64,000 nucleotides of DNA, from assembly GCA_012295275.1 (NCBI GenBank), contig CM022665.1, positions 32,798,001-32,862,000 of the forward strand. Direction: 5' to 3'. This DNA is from Chrysomallon squamiferum. Lineage: Eukaryota; Animalia; Mollusca. Shown piece by piece: positions 24,094-35,700 of the stretch. Numbering within the stretch: position 1 is the stretch's first letter; each line of letters starts with the position of its first letter. The notes below the pieces were generated by a model. The model was given only the letters and a program-made list of their open reading frames with translations, made no database searches and was not told the DNA's origin. Both the position numbers and the translations under genes were made by a program.

Positions 24094-27000
24094 GTAAGTA
24101 AAATTGAATATTCTTGTAGCGCGCTTTTGCATCATTCTAATTTCTATACGAGAATGCAATGGTTGCCAGTTATGATTCAGGTCGACCCCAATAGAAATGC
24201 GAAAACTTAGCTTACCGGTACCTATTGCCTGTGAGGATTTAAAACCCTGTATGATGCATTAAATATAGATTATTATTATAAAGTGACTTAAATAAATAAA
24301 TTAATAATATAAAATAAATAAACAATTTTTAACATACATGAACTTTTCTAGGTATGTGGACACATTTTTCAAACCCCACTAATCTGAAAATAAATAAGAC
24401 AGTTGGGTAGAGCTTGTAAACCACTTTAAAATGATACCAAGATCATGTAAAAAATTAAGGAAGTAGCAGCAATTTTAAACCCCCTGAAAATCAATTTTTT
24501 TCGTCCGATTAAACGCTATATAAGTCATTAGAGGTTTGTGACCAAAAATAGTAATATTTTAACATTTTCCCCTCTATCTTTGTTAATAATCAAGCTTTCT
24601 TGATGAAATTTTCAGTGAAGACAAATGCCAATCTCTGCTATCGATTATATTTGTAAAAATTAAAAAGAAGTTATTAATTAAGGTACCAGCAGCCTAACAA
24701 ACAATTTAGGTATGTGGACAAAAAATTCAAACACTACCAACTTCAACATAAGTAACACTGCTGAAAAGAACTCTAAAAACCCTATAAAAGACAACAAACA
24801 TCATGTGATTCTGTTGAGTATTAAGGAAGTTACAGCATTTTAACATTTTCAATTAACACTAATTAATTGTCCTATTATTTAATGCATTTGCATTACAATG
24901 GCATGACCAAAATCCTATTGTTTTTCACTAAAATGCATGTAACTTTCTTAATAATGAAATTTTATAAGTGAAATTTGGACTGAAGATAGATGGTAACTAG
25001 TCCTCTCAATTCAAGCTATTAAAAATGCAATATAAATAATTAGTAATACAGCATATTTTAATTCTGACGTTTTAAGAGATCCTGTTTCTCACTTTCTGTT
25101 TGGCAAATTGCAAACTTTCATGATATCTCTCACAGTTATGGCACTTTCTTATCTGCCTGGTTTTCAGTGGGGACATAGCAACAGGCTTGGTACTGGGAAG
25201 AACAATGGCATTTTCTTCATCAGCCTGAGGGACTTCCACTGGCTGGATAATACATGACATAACTGTGGAAATAGTACTGGTCAGGTTCAGCTGATCAAAA
25301 CTGTCGTGTCAAATGGAATCAAACATATTGAATTCCACAGTGTCACTGAGTTTCTTGAACTTGTTCAGAGTGTTGTCAACAAGTTTCTGAATTTGTGATG
25401 TAATATAATTCAAAACTGTATTTTTCTGATGACCAGTAATATTATTGGGGATATATGATTGAAGTTCTCTAAAGGTCTTCACATGGCTTTTTTCGCAGCG
25501 AAAGACAAAAATAAACAATACCGAATACGTGACCATTTAAGAAATTTGCCAAAGAAACTGGAATTCCATTGGGAAAGTTCTCTTTCAAGTGTTGGTTGGC
25601 TATACCAGTCCTTTGATTGGGGGATTTTCTTTTCCACTTCAAGTTAGGCATCCTAAAAAGAAGGCCAACATAATAATAATGATTACTAAATTTCAAAATT
25701 CATACCGATTGGCTTGAAGGCACTCACAAAATCCACAATCGTCCACTATTTACAATCCATCGGGTAATAAAAGTGTGACACAGAGTACAGTCGTATATTT
25801 ATACAGCATCACAATCTGTTCTATCACTCATGTATCAAACATAGCTGAAATCGAGGGTAGAAATCACTTCAGTTTCACTCGAATTTTCATCCGCCATGTT
25901 TGATTTTGAAGCCATTTCGATGTTACAGCTCCTCTTTCCGGCGTTTGTAACTTTTCTCAGCTATGTCAGATTTCAATATAAATTCACATATAATAAAATT
26001 AAATATTGTTCTTCGCCTCCATCTACCTTAGATTATCCTCCGATATCGAAAATGACCGATTTTAATGTGTTGAATACGAAACAAATTTTCAAACTCTCCT
26101 CCGAAACAAACCAATTGACCGAATTGAAAAATTCGAAAACGAGTGAGTATACAGGAATTTCCCGCTAATTATACCATCAGGGATAACCGAAACTCCCAGC
26201 CCCTGACTAATGAGAAGCGATTTACGTAGAGACACCACTCACCATCGGGGAGATTCAGGTCACACGGATATAGCAGAAAATGGCGGACGCAATTCCGGCA
26301 GTAATACACATACCTAACTTTTCTCTCTTTTTATTTAAATCATAAATATGTTGTTTTAATTTTTAAAAAAAACAACTTTATTTTATTTTACCAAATTCAG
26401 AGCAGTTGATTGGTAACAATAAACTAATATACTACATTTCCAAATTAAAATTCAAGTATAAATTTATTATTAAACAAGATAATCAACTTTTTCTTGGGAT
26501 AAGTAATATTTGAACAGGTAAAAAAATAATAGCCAAATGGAGTAATGGCCTAAGCAATAGTATCTTCAAATAAAAAAATTATTATATTTTTAAATGCAAC
26601 ATATTTTTGAATTTTATAAGAGTGAAAGGTTTGGAAAAGTGTTTATGGTTCAGAAAATGTAAAATACTCCATTTGTCTGAACTTTTCATGTTTTTTTTTA
26701 TTTAGGTTATAAAATCAAAAAGTTAAAAGTTAAAAGAAATAAATTAAAGTGCATTTGGATTTCTTGATTAATTATTTTCTTACAAATTAAATGTGTTGGT
26801 AATTTTATGTATGTGTATGCAAGCATGCACACACACACAAAGTTGTTTTTTGGGGCCGCCATTTATTTCAGACAAGTTTCGTGCCCTGCACTAATATTAT
26901 AGACTACCACATTACATTCTGTAATTTAAAATTTTGTTTTCATCTCATATAATGATATATGCAGACTAATAAGAAATTGATCCATATTCAGACTATAATA

Positions 27001-29423
27001 TTTTTTATATTTCAGTTTCTAAGCCTGCACCTGACTTCAATGGCACAGCTGTTATCAATGGTGAATTCAAGGATATCAAATTGTCAGATTACAAAGAAAA
27101 ATATCTAGTTTTCTTCTTCTATCCACTTGATTTGTTAGTAATGTTTTCATTACAGTTTACATTAGAATTTTGTGATTTAATGAATTAGTTGTAAAAACTG
27201 TCAGAGCTTTTCATAATAAAATAAAAGACATTTTAAAAATATATAAATTATTTTATAATTAGTAAGTGTAACATGCATTTGAATGCTGTTGCAGCATAGT
27301 TATTCATTCAGATAGATTCATCATCAGAAAAATGTATTTTCTTTTAAGTAATTTTAATCAAATTAAATATGAACTTTTGAAAGTAAGTGTTAGAACTGCA
27401 AATGGTATGTAATAATAACTTGTTTTTAATAGTTTTGATGATACATTTTCAGTACCTTTGTGTGCCCAACAGAGATCATAGCATTTAGTGATCGTATTAG
27501 TGAGTTCAAAAAAATCAACACTGAAGTTCTGGCTTGCTCTGTGGATTCCCAGTTCACTCATCTGGCATGGTATATTTTTCATTTGAGTATTTAATCATTA
27601 ATTTAAATTACTTGGCTACTGTCAAAACTGTAGTTTAGAGAGACAGATGTTCATGTAGATATTTAGATAATCCTACATGTTAAAATTCATTAATAATAAC
27701 TATGTTGGCTGTTACACAGAATTCACTAAAATGATTTTTATCCCTTAAGACATAAAATTTTAAATTTTAAAATACCTAAAACAAGCAGATTTAATGGATA
27801 GTAAATGATAATACTATGAACCCTAAATGCAAAAATGCTATCTGTACAAGTTTATCTTGCTGTTGCCATAAAAACCAACATAGGAATATTAGATTTTTAA
27901 GAACTGATTTTTTTTTCTGCAGAAGTGTATATGTTGACAAAGCTATAGAGATTTTTTTGGCTCAACCTTTTAAATTATTATTTTTTTAAGTTGTAACTTG
28001 TGTGCTCTTTTAAGCATTCCACCTTTATGAAGTGAAAACTGTGACAAATACCACCAAAATGTCTTTAGTAATGTCAACAAGACACTAATATGCATTTGTG
28101 CTAAGTTTCATTACAATTGACTAGACAGTTTCAGAGAATAAATGTAAAGAAAATGGCTGTTGCTAAGGTCTAAAACTTCAGTTTTTCAGACACTTTGCAA
28201 AGAAAACGAATGTAAATGTGAATGGTTAGCATTAGTAAATGCACTTTTACTGCTTAAAAATTATATTTTTAATGAAATTGAGGTATGGGATGTGAAAGCA
28301 GACGTGTTCAGGGATGTAAATCTGCAAAAAGAACTAAAAATCACTGAACTAACCCAAATTTCACATTTTCTACTCAGCATCAGATTTATGCATAAGTACC
28401 AAAGCCACTAATCATACTCTCTGAATACTATTAATATGATATTTAAACAGTTATTTTGTACAGCAGAATAGGGAAATTGAAAATAGAAATAAGACTGTGT
28501 ACTGACTCTTCTATTACAGGATTAATACACCACGTGAAAAAGGTGGACTTGGAAAACTAAAAATTCCTCTGCTGTCTGATATCACACATGATATTTCAAA
28601 GGCATATGGTGTTTATCTGCAAGATCTTGGTCACACTCTGAGGTAAAATGCATAAAAGAAGTGGTATTATCCCAAATAATAATTACAGATTGTTCTTAAT
28701 TGCATCTTCTGATAAATTTTGCTTGCCAGCCACAACTTTGGTGTAAAAGAAAGTTGTTTCAGTTAAATTATTTGTGGTGTTTTTCTGTTTATTCACATAA
28801 AAAAATTTTTTCATTTTAATTTGGATGGATTGTGAAAATACATTTTCACTCATTTTTATTTCAGTATTTTACTTTTTCATATTCAATTATCAGTTTTGCC
28901 TTTATTTGTTTATATGATACTACATCTTTAAAATGTGTATTTTAAAAGTTTTCTAAATGTTTTTTTTTTTTTTTACAGAGGATTGTTTATCATTGATCCT
29001 AAAGGAATTCTTCGCCAGATAACAATGAATGATTTACCTGTTGGTCGATCAGTTGATGAAACTCTGAGACTTGTACAGGCATTCCAGTACACAGACACAC
29101 ATGGTGAGGTGTGTCCAGCTGGTTGGAAACCAGGTGCAGCTACAGTAAGTATTTCAATTACAGACAGAAACAAAATACTCTATTTCTTTATTAATTTTGG
29201 TTATTTTCTAAAAAATATATTTATTTATAAGTAGATTAGTAATATAAATATAAAAATTAAAAACATTGTGTAGGAATCATTAATTTACATGTAAACGATT
29301 ACAGATTTATCTGTATGTTGCTAATATTGACATAAATAATTATTTTTAATATTTCAGATTATTCCTGATCCAAAGGAATCACAGAAATATTTCAGCAAGC
29401 AAAAAGCTCCTGAAGAGCTGTAA
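23934..29423 (+). CDS. PRDX4: Peroxiredoxin-4 (typical 2-Cys Prx with signal peptide); join(23934..24093, 27016..27133, 27453..27569, 28520..28642, 28979..29144, 29358..29423), 249 aa
   Basis: Signal peptide plus [10 protein letters not shown]-terminus specific to Prx4, FFYPLDFTFVCPTE (peroxidatic Cys), [12 protein letters not shown] (resolving Cys) and YF motif. All splice phases are consistent. Confidence 0.96.
24350..26315 (-). mobile_element. ~1.97 kb internally deleted TIR DNA transposon in PRDX4 intron 1, 9-bp TSD
   Basis: Ends AGGTATGTG...CACATACCT, flanked by identical AACTTTTCT at 24341-24349 and 26316-26324. Decayed minus-strand coding fragments at 25072-25900. Confidence 0.85.
27016..27133 (+). 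CDS. PRDX4: PRDX4 exon 2
   Basis: [25 protein letters not shown]...FFFYPLDF. Confidence 0.95.
27453..27569 (+). CDS. PRDX4: PRDX4 exon 3
   Basis: [14 protein letters not shown]...[11 protein letters not shown]. Confidence 0.95.
28520..28642 (+). CDS. PRDX4: PRDX4 exon 4
   Basis: [41 protein letters not shown]. Confidence 0.95.
28979..29144 (+). CDS. PRDX4: PRDX4 exon 5
   Basis: [52 protein letters not shown]. Confidence 0.95.
29358..29423 (+). CDS. PRDX4: PRDX4 last exon
   Basis: [21 protein letters not shown]. Confidence 0.92.
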   Translation: MIPDPKESQKYFSKQKAPEEL

Positions 29424-32199
29424 AACATTTAAATGTTTCTTTTGTTACTATTTTGTATTCAATTTTCTTCTAGTGCTAATGATATTATGGCTCATTTTGT
29501 TATTACATGTATCTCAGCTGAAATTTTCAGATCTTACTTGTACGTGTATTTATTAATGTAAAGATTTACTGTAAAGTATATGTTTTCTCCTCTTTTTCTC
29601 TTTTTTGTTTTTTTGTTGTAGCCAAATAAGGAGTTTTCTTTAAATTAAACAATTTTTTAAAATGAATGGGTTGTTATTTTGTTCAGTCTTAATTTTTCTT
29701 AAACCTTTATTCATTATTATTTAAATATGTGTTTATATTAATCATCAATTAAATCCTTAAGTAGAAGAATTCTACATGTGAAAATGGGGGGGGATAATGT
29801 TTTTTAAAATTTAATTTGTTTTGTTTTGATATGCCAGATAATTAAATCTAAAATGAAAAACAACAACAATAATAAATATTTTAAAAATTGGAAATCTTCC
29901 TAATAGAAAAACTAATAATTTTTCTGTTTTTTAAAAGTAATATTAAATTTATTGTTTTCACATCTGATAATCTGACAAAACTGTTTATATTACAAATTTT
30001 TGATATTTTGATTTACTCTTCAAATCAAACAATTTGTTGGTAACTTCTTTTTCTCTTTTGTTTCATACCAGTTAAATGCAGAAGGTAATTGGTGTATGTA
30101 TGTATTTTGCTTGTGTTGGATCTGTCACATTTTGACTATTGGTTTTTGTAAACTTGTGATAACCATTGTTCTTTACTGTATATTACAGTAAATTTAAGAA
30201 ATACTTTCAGGATTTGAAAGTGGATTCATTTAATTAGCTGTAGCAGTGACTGTTAATAGCCTATTATGATGAGATATGAAAGACTTAAAAAAAAATTAAG
30301 CATTTGGTCAAAGATTTTCTTTGTCTTGTCTGTTTTTAAGGAATTTGAAGTTTTTTAATGTTAAAAAGTTAATATTTATACTTCATCAGGAATTGACATG
30401 TAAAGTTTAAGAAGTGCTGCTTTGGGTATGTTTTGTTGGCTACAGGTTAATAATAGCTTTTTCACATTTGTTCGTTCTTTTCAGTTGTCTTCATGTTATA
30501 TAAAAACAAGGAAATGTAAACTACATTAATTTTACTATAAATAAAACCCAATTTAAATTTTGATTTAGAGCTGATACCATCAACTAATAAAATGCCTTGG
30601 GGTTTCTGCATTTACCGTTTTTGGTTTTATGTTTAAAGAAATGTGTTTTGACTGTTTCGTGTGTTAGATTTTACAAATAAAGTTTCATCTGAGAAAATCC
30701 TACGTGTTCTGTTTTTTTTAAGTAAAATTTAGTATTTTTACATTCTCTATGAATGAATGTTTTTTTGTACGAGATGTTAAACTTAATGCTACCATACTGA
30801 CTGCTCTTTGATGTAAACATGCATAGATAGGTAAGCATATATAAGTTTTGGAAAACAGTTGTGGGGCACTGCCTGGAATGAATACCTTCTCTATGTGTAC
30901 ATGCAGAGAATTGATCCTGAAAGTACAATTTCTGTGGCAGATCCACATCCCTTTAAAGAAATAGGACACCCTCTATGGCATCAGTAATTAGAGCAGTGGA
31001 TAGAATTTTTAAATCCATTTCTTTTATTATCTATAATCCTTTTTATGTCACTCAGATCTTACATCATAAGTAACACAGAAAAGCAAAACTACATTTATCA
31101 TTATTTTACTGTATGCAGGACCTTTTTATTAGTCATCAAGATAGATTAAGAGCTCCATACAGGACAGAGAATGTTACAAAACCCAAACTAATTTTAATTT
31201 TTTTTTTATTCTCAGTTCTTTTAATCTCAAACCAACTGATATTGTGAAAAAATAATTAACTAAATTTACTTTCGGATTAAAGATCAAATATAATTTGCAC
31301 AACAAAGAACAGATGTCAGTTCACACCTAAAAAAGCCAGAATATTCCTGTACATCCTGTACATCTTTGGTTCAGCACTCCAAACTACAGCAACTGCCATA
31401 TTTCAGCACAGCTGACAATGTTTTTGGTCAATGACACTTTAAGACTGAACAAGAAATTATGACTTTATTTGATTCAAAGAAAATTTAATTAAGGAAAAGC
31501 CAAAGCATCAGAAATAAGCTACACTGCAACATTCCAACAGAAAATACACCTCCTCTGCCCCTGATGTACACATAACTGCTGATCATGGAGATCCATATGA
31601 CCCTGGATACCCTGAAGACACTGCTGCCATAAAGACCCTTCTGACTTTTGATGTAATCTGACTACTGGTGCTGTAAGTGTTATTTTTGGTTTTGGGCTTT
31701 ATGCTGTATGAAACAATAAAAAACCTTGTTTTAACGGTTGTATTATTTCCCATTTTAAGCTTGGCTATACCTTTGACAATATTTTGTTTACTATATTGCA
31801 ATGAATACAGCAGTGGGTATGTGCATTAAACATTAAGCGTAGGAGTTCTCTGTATAAGATTACGTGTTGGTTTTGGTCAGTTTCTGTAGTGCGGCATTTT
31901 CTGTAATTCGACAACGACCAGGCCTCAAGAGGTACAACTTGTATTTATTTCTAAAGTGTGCGTCTTCTTTTTTTTTTTTTTTTTTTTTTTAACGAATAAA
32001 GTTACATTACATTGAAAGTTTTATTAAATGAATATGCCTTTCGTGAACAAAACAGCAATATAAATAATGTATTGGAAATGCTATTGTTTGGTACAGAAAA
32101 TAAAATAAATAAAAATAACAATAATAATAAAAACAAAGAAATATGTAAAAGCAGGCTAATATCTATCATCGAAATTACTAAATATACGCAGGAAATCTC

Positions 32200-32300
32200 A
32201 ATCGAACGCATGCAACCGGAAGACATTTTCCCCAGTGACGTAGAAAACCTCCAGAAAACAAATGGTTACCAACATGGCGGTAACAACGAATTGTTTACCT
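32200..32300 (+). promoter_or_regulatory. ARL13B promoter region
   Basis: CCGGAAG (ETS, 32216), TGACGT (CRE-like), GTTACC-AACATGGC-GGTAAC (RFX half-sites around a YY1 site, 32265-32284) and TGTTTAC (forkhead), ~400 bp upstream of the ATG. Confidence 0.55.
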
Positions 32301-32665
32301 GTCAAAGATACTTTATTTAGCATTACCATGACTCCTCTGATAATCAGTTCTAATGAGTGAAATGTTTTATATCAGTTTTGAGAGAAATAACGTTTAAATG
32401 CAATTAAACCAACATTTGAAGAATTACTCTATAATATACAGAGGTTTTTGCTTGTACGTTCATGTTCATTGTAAGAATTGTTCAATCATTTGATTATGAT
32501 TTGGCATGTAACAAACTATGTTTTATGAAATTTGTTAAATCAAAATGAGGTCCTCCAGTTTGTGAATTAACTTCTATTTTTAAAGAAGAGGTACCTGTCT
32601 AACTTGACTTAATGATTTAAATATAAGACTTTGTTGTGTTGTCCGTCCATTACAAATAATTCTTC

Positions 32666-32724
32666 ATGTTCAGTTTGATGGGAAATTGTATATCCTGCAT
32701 TAAAAAGCGCAGACAGCCTAAACG
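32666..32724 (+). CDS. ARL13B: ARL13B exon 1
   Basis: [20 protein letters not shown]; GTAAGT donor. Confidence 0.9.
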
Positions 32725-35700
32725 GTAAGTACGGTATTTTGATATCATTATAAATGTTATTGGAAATATTTTAGGTAATTTTAGTTATCTTCTTCCTCAA
32801 GACATATATTAAATTCAGTAATGTAAAGTAATTTGACAGACCATTTGAATTTATAGTTTAGGGGGTACATTTTCATGATTTTGTTTTCAAAATCTACTGT
32901 AATTTAGTAATTTTCCAAATTCCAATTAAAATTAAATTGTAAATGGGCATAAAAGTTGTACTCTTGGCCTTCAGCTTATAAGTTATAACTAATGGGTTTA
33001 GAAAAATAAAAAATGAATTGTCAAGTTGAGATCATTGTAAGGCTGGTGTTTCTATTAGGAGTGAGGATGAATAAAGTCATCCTATTTCCAAGTCTTGAAC
33101 ATCCAACAAAGAACTGACTTGTATTTTTAAAGAATAAATATAAATATTTATATACTGTTTCCAGTTAATTCTTAATCATTAATTCTTAGTCAAAGTATAA
33201 AATAAAAAAGGCTACTTTTTTTCTTATTGTTCATAATTACACTTTTCTGTCCAACAAAATGACTACATCTATGATAAAAAATTGCATCAACATTCTTTTC
33301 AACTGACTTAATAAAATGTCATTGATGACTGCAGTCAAAGTTCACTGTGAATATAGCAGCCATTACCGACATCATAGTCCCAACCAATGTCCTATTCACC
33401 ACTGCTTAAGAATCTTTTGTCAGAATATTTTACAACATAGAGGCAATCACAAACACATATTTGCTTTTATTTATGTAGACAGATTCAATACATAATGTTT
33501 AACAGGTTCAAAATACAATTGTCCCATTTTATAAAAAAGTGTTTGGAAATTAAATTTTTGTTTTATTTATGTCATGTAAGTGTTACTTTAATATTTCAGA
33601 CCAATTACATTGGCTATTTTGGGCCTTGATTGTGCTGGCAAAACAACAGCAGCCAAAGGTCTATCTGGAGGTAATAATTCATATCAGAAATTTCATTATA
33701 TCTAAGTAATTAACTGTTAATACATTTTTATTTGTATACTGAAGTATTAAAATGTGTGTTTTATAACTTTTTTTAATTTTTTTTATTAAGTAAAACAATA
33801 AACAGGCATTGTAAAGATAAGTCTAACAGTATCATAGATAGAACTAATACTTTAGTATAAAAATTAAAAAGGTGAAAAATAAAATAAAAATGAAAGGAAT
33901 AAAATAATTTTAAAAAGGAAAATAAACCAGAACATACAAGAATTAGTTTATTTCCGTACTATGAATATTTACCCCCCACCCCCAGTTCACTTGTTGACTA
34001 CAAGGCCAGTAGAGACTACAAATGATTCTGATCTCTGTTGTTCACTTCTTGTGCCACACAGCTTCTTCTGGAGAGTTGTTGTAGTTATCCTACTGTTGCA
34101 GCAGCTTTATGCAGTTTTGAATGACATATTCAGTCATCTTTTCTGCTTCTCCACAGTAGCACATGGAAGAAGATACAGCTGGAACAGATTAAGCATATTC
34201 TGGTTGACACAACTGATAGTATGTAGGGCTTCTGAGGTATATCTAGCTTGTTTTCACGAGCCTGGAGGGCAGAGTGAGCATCTGAGAGGAAGACAACATG
34301 TGAGCAGTTCTCTCTGGTGCTGATGATGTTGGCAGCAGAAATAAAAGCCTCAGCCTCTGCAGCATAGTTTGTGCAGTGTTTCCCTGTAGGAAAATGTGCC
34401 TCTTCTTGGTAGCCACTAGGGTCCATGATATATTTTCCACTGCATATGTATTGTGGTGTATTAATTTGCAGCCCAATACTGCTAACTTCAGCACTCAAGG
34501 TTTATGTTAGGGTTATCTCACTCTTTGTCTATGTCTAGCCTCTACCCATTGACCAGTCCAGTGTTTGTGTCCCTAACAGAAGCCAAAGCTACTGATGGCA
34601 TAGCTCTTTGGATCATTGAGACATACAAGCTCTCTCAAGGAATGGACTATGAATGGGTTATTAATACTTTCATCTGTAACATTTAGCAACCAAGAGTGAA
34701 ATGTTTTAAATGTCAGTTAATTTCTGACAAATAACTCCTTTATTTTTATTTCTGCAGATCCCTTGCCTTTGAACATTGCTCCAACAGTTGGATTCTGCAG
34801 TGAGAAGTTCACTTTTGATGATTTTGAAATCACTTTATTTGATCTTGGTGGTGGGAAGAAGATACGAGGAATATGGAACAACTATTTTGCAGAAGTCTAT
34901 GGAATTATATATGTAGTTGATTCCACTGCATCCAGTAGGATGGAAGAAGCCCAGATTAATTTTCGTGAGCTGCTGGAGCATCCCCAGGTGTCAGGAAAAC
35001 CAGTGATGTTGTAAGTTATTTTACATTTGTGAAAAATTCAGTATAGTCTTGAAACCAGCATTATTATTCTTATTTCACATTAATGAAAACAGTTCAAAGA
35101 AACATAAGATTAACAGCCTTTGTAAGATATATGATATCTATGAAACCATGTTAAATCAAATGTATTATGAAAACCGTAAATCCAGTTTTTTTTGTGTATG
35201 ACACAGAAATTTTACCAAGAATTCACTGTAAAATATTAAAAATTATATTATAATTTATAAGCAGTTATTCATACCTAAATATTTAATTTTACAGTTTAGC
35301 AAACAAGCAGGATAAGGAAGGTGCCCTTGAAGAATTAGATATCTGTGAACAGTTAAACATTGAAACAGTGGTAAACATCAACAAATGTCCTTGCATAATA
35401 GTAAGTAGTCATCATTATTTATAAATTAGATAAACAGACAACTGTTTCAAAATCAGAAAGAAAATACAAAAATTATAAAAACTATTTGGTTACAAAGTAG
35501 CAAGTGTATGTAGAAATTATTAGACCTAAAAGATGTCTCTATAGCAGTTGCAAAATGAAAAAAGTGATAATATTCCTATTTTAATATTTTATTGTTCTTT
35601 ATTTTTAACCAAGACAAATTTGTAAGACAATATCTAAATAATTACATAAAATATATTTAGGCAGTGTATTGTTGCTATTCGTCATTCACTCTGCAAATTG

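Noticed and set aside
32012-32320. 102-aa ORF upstream of ARL13B
   Set aside because: Low-complexity, non-ATG start, and overlaps promoter motifs.
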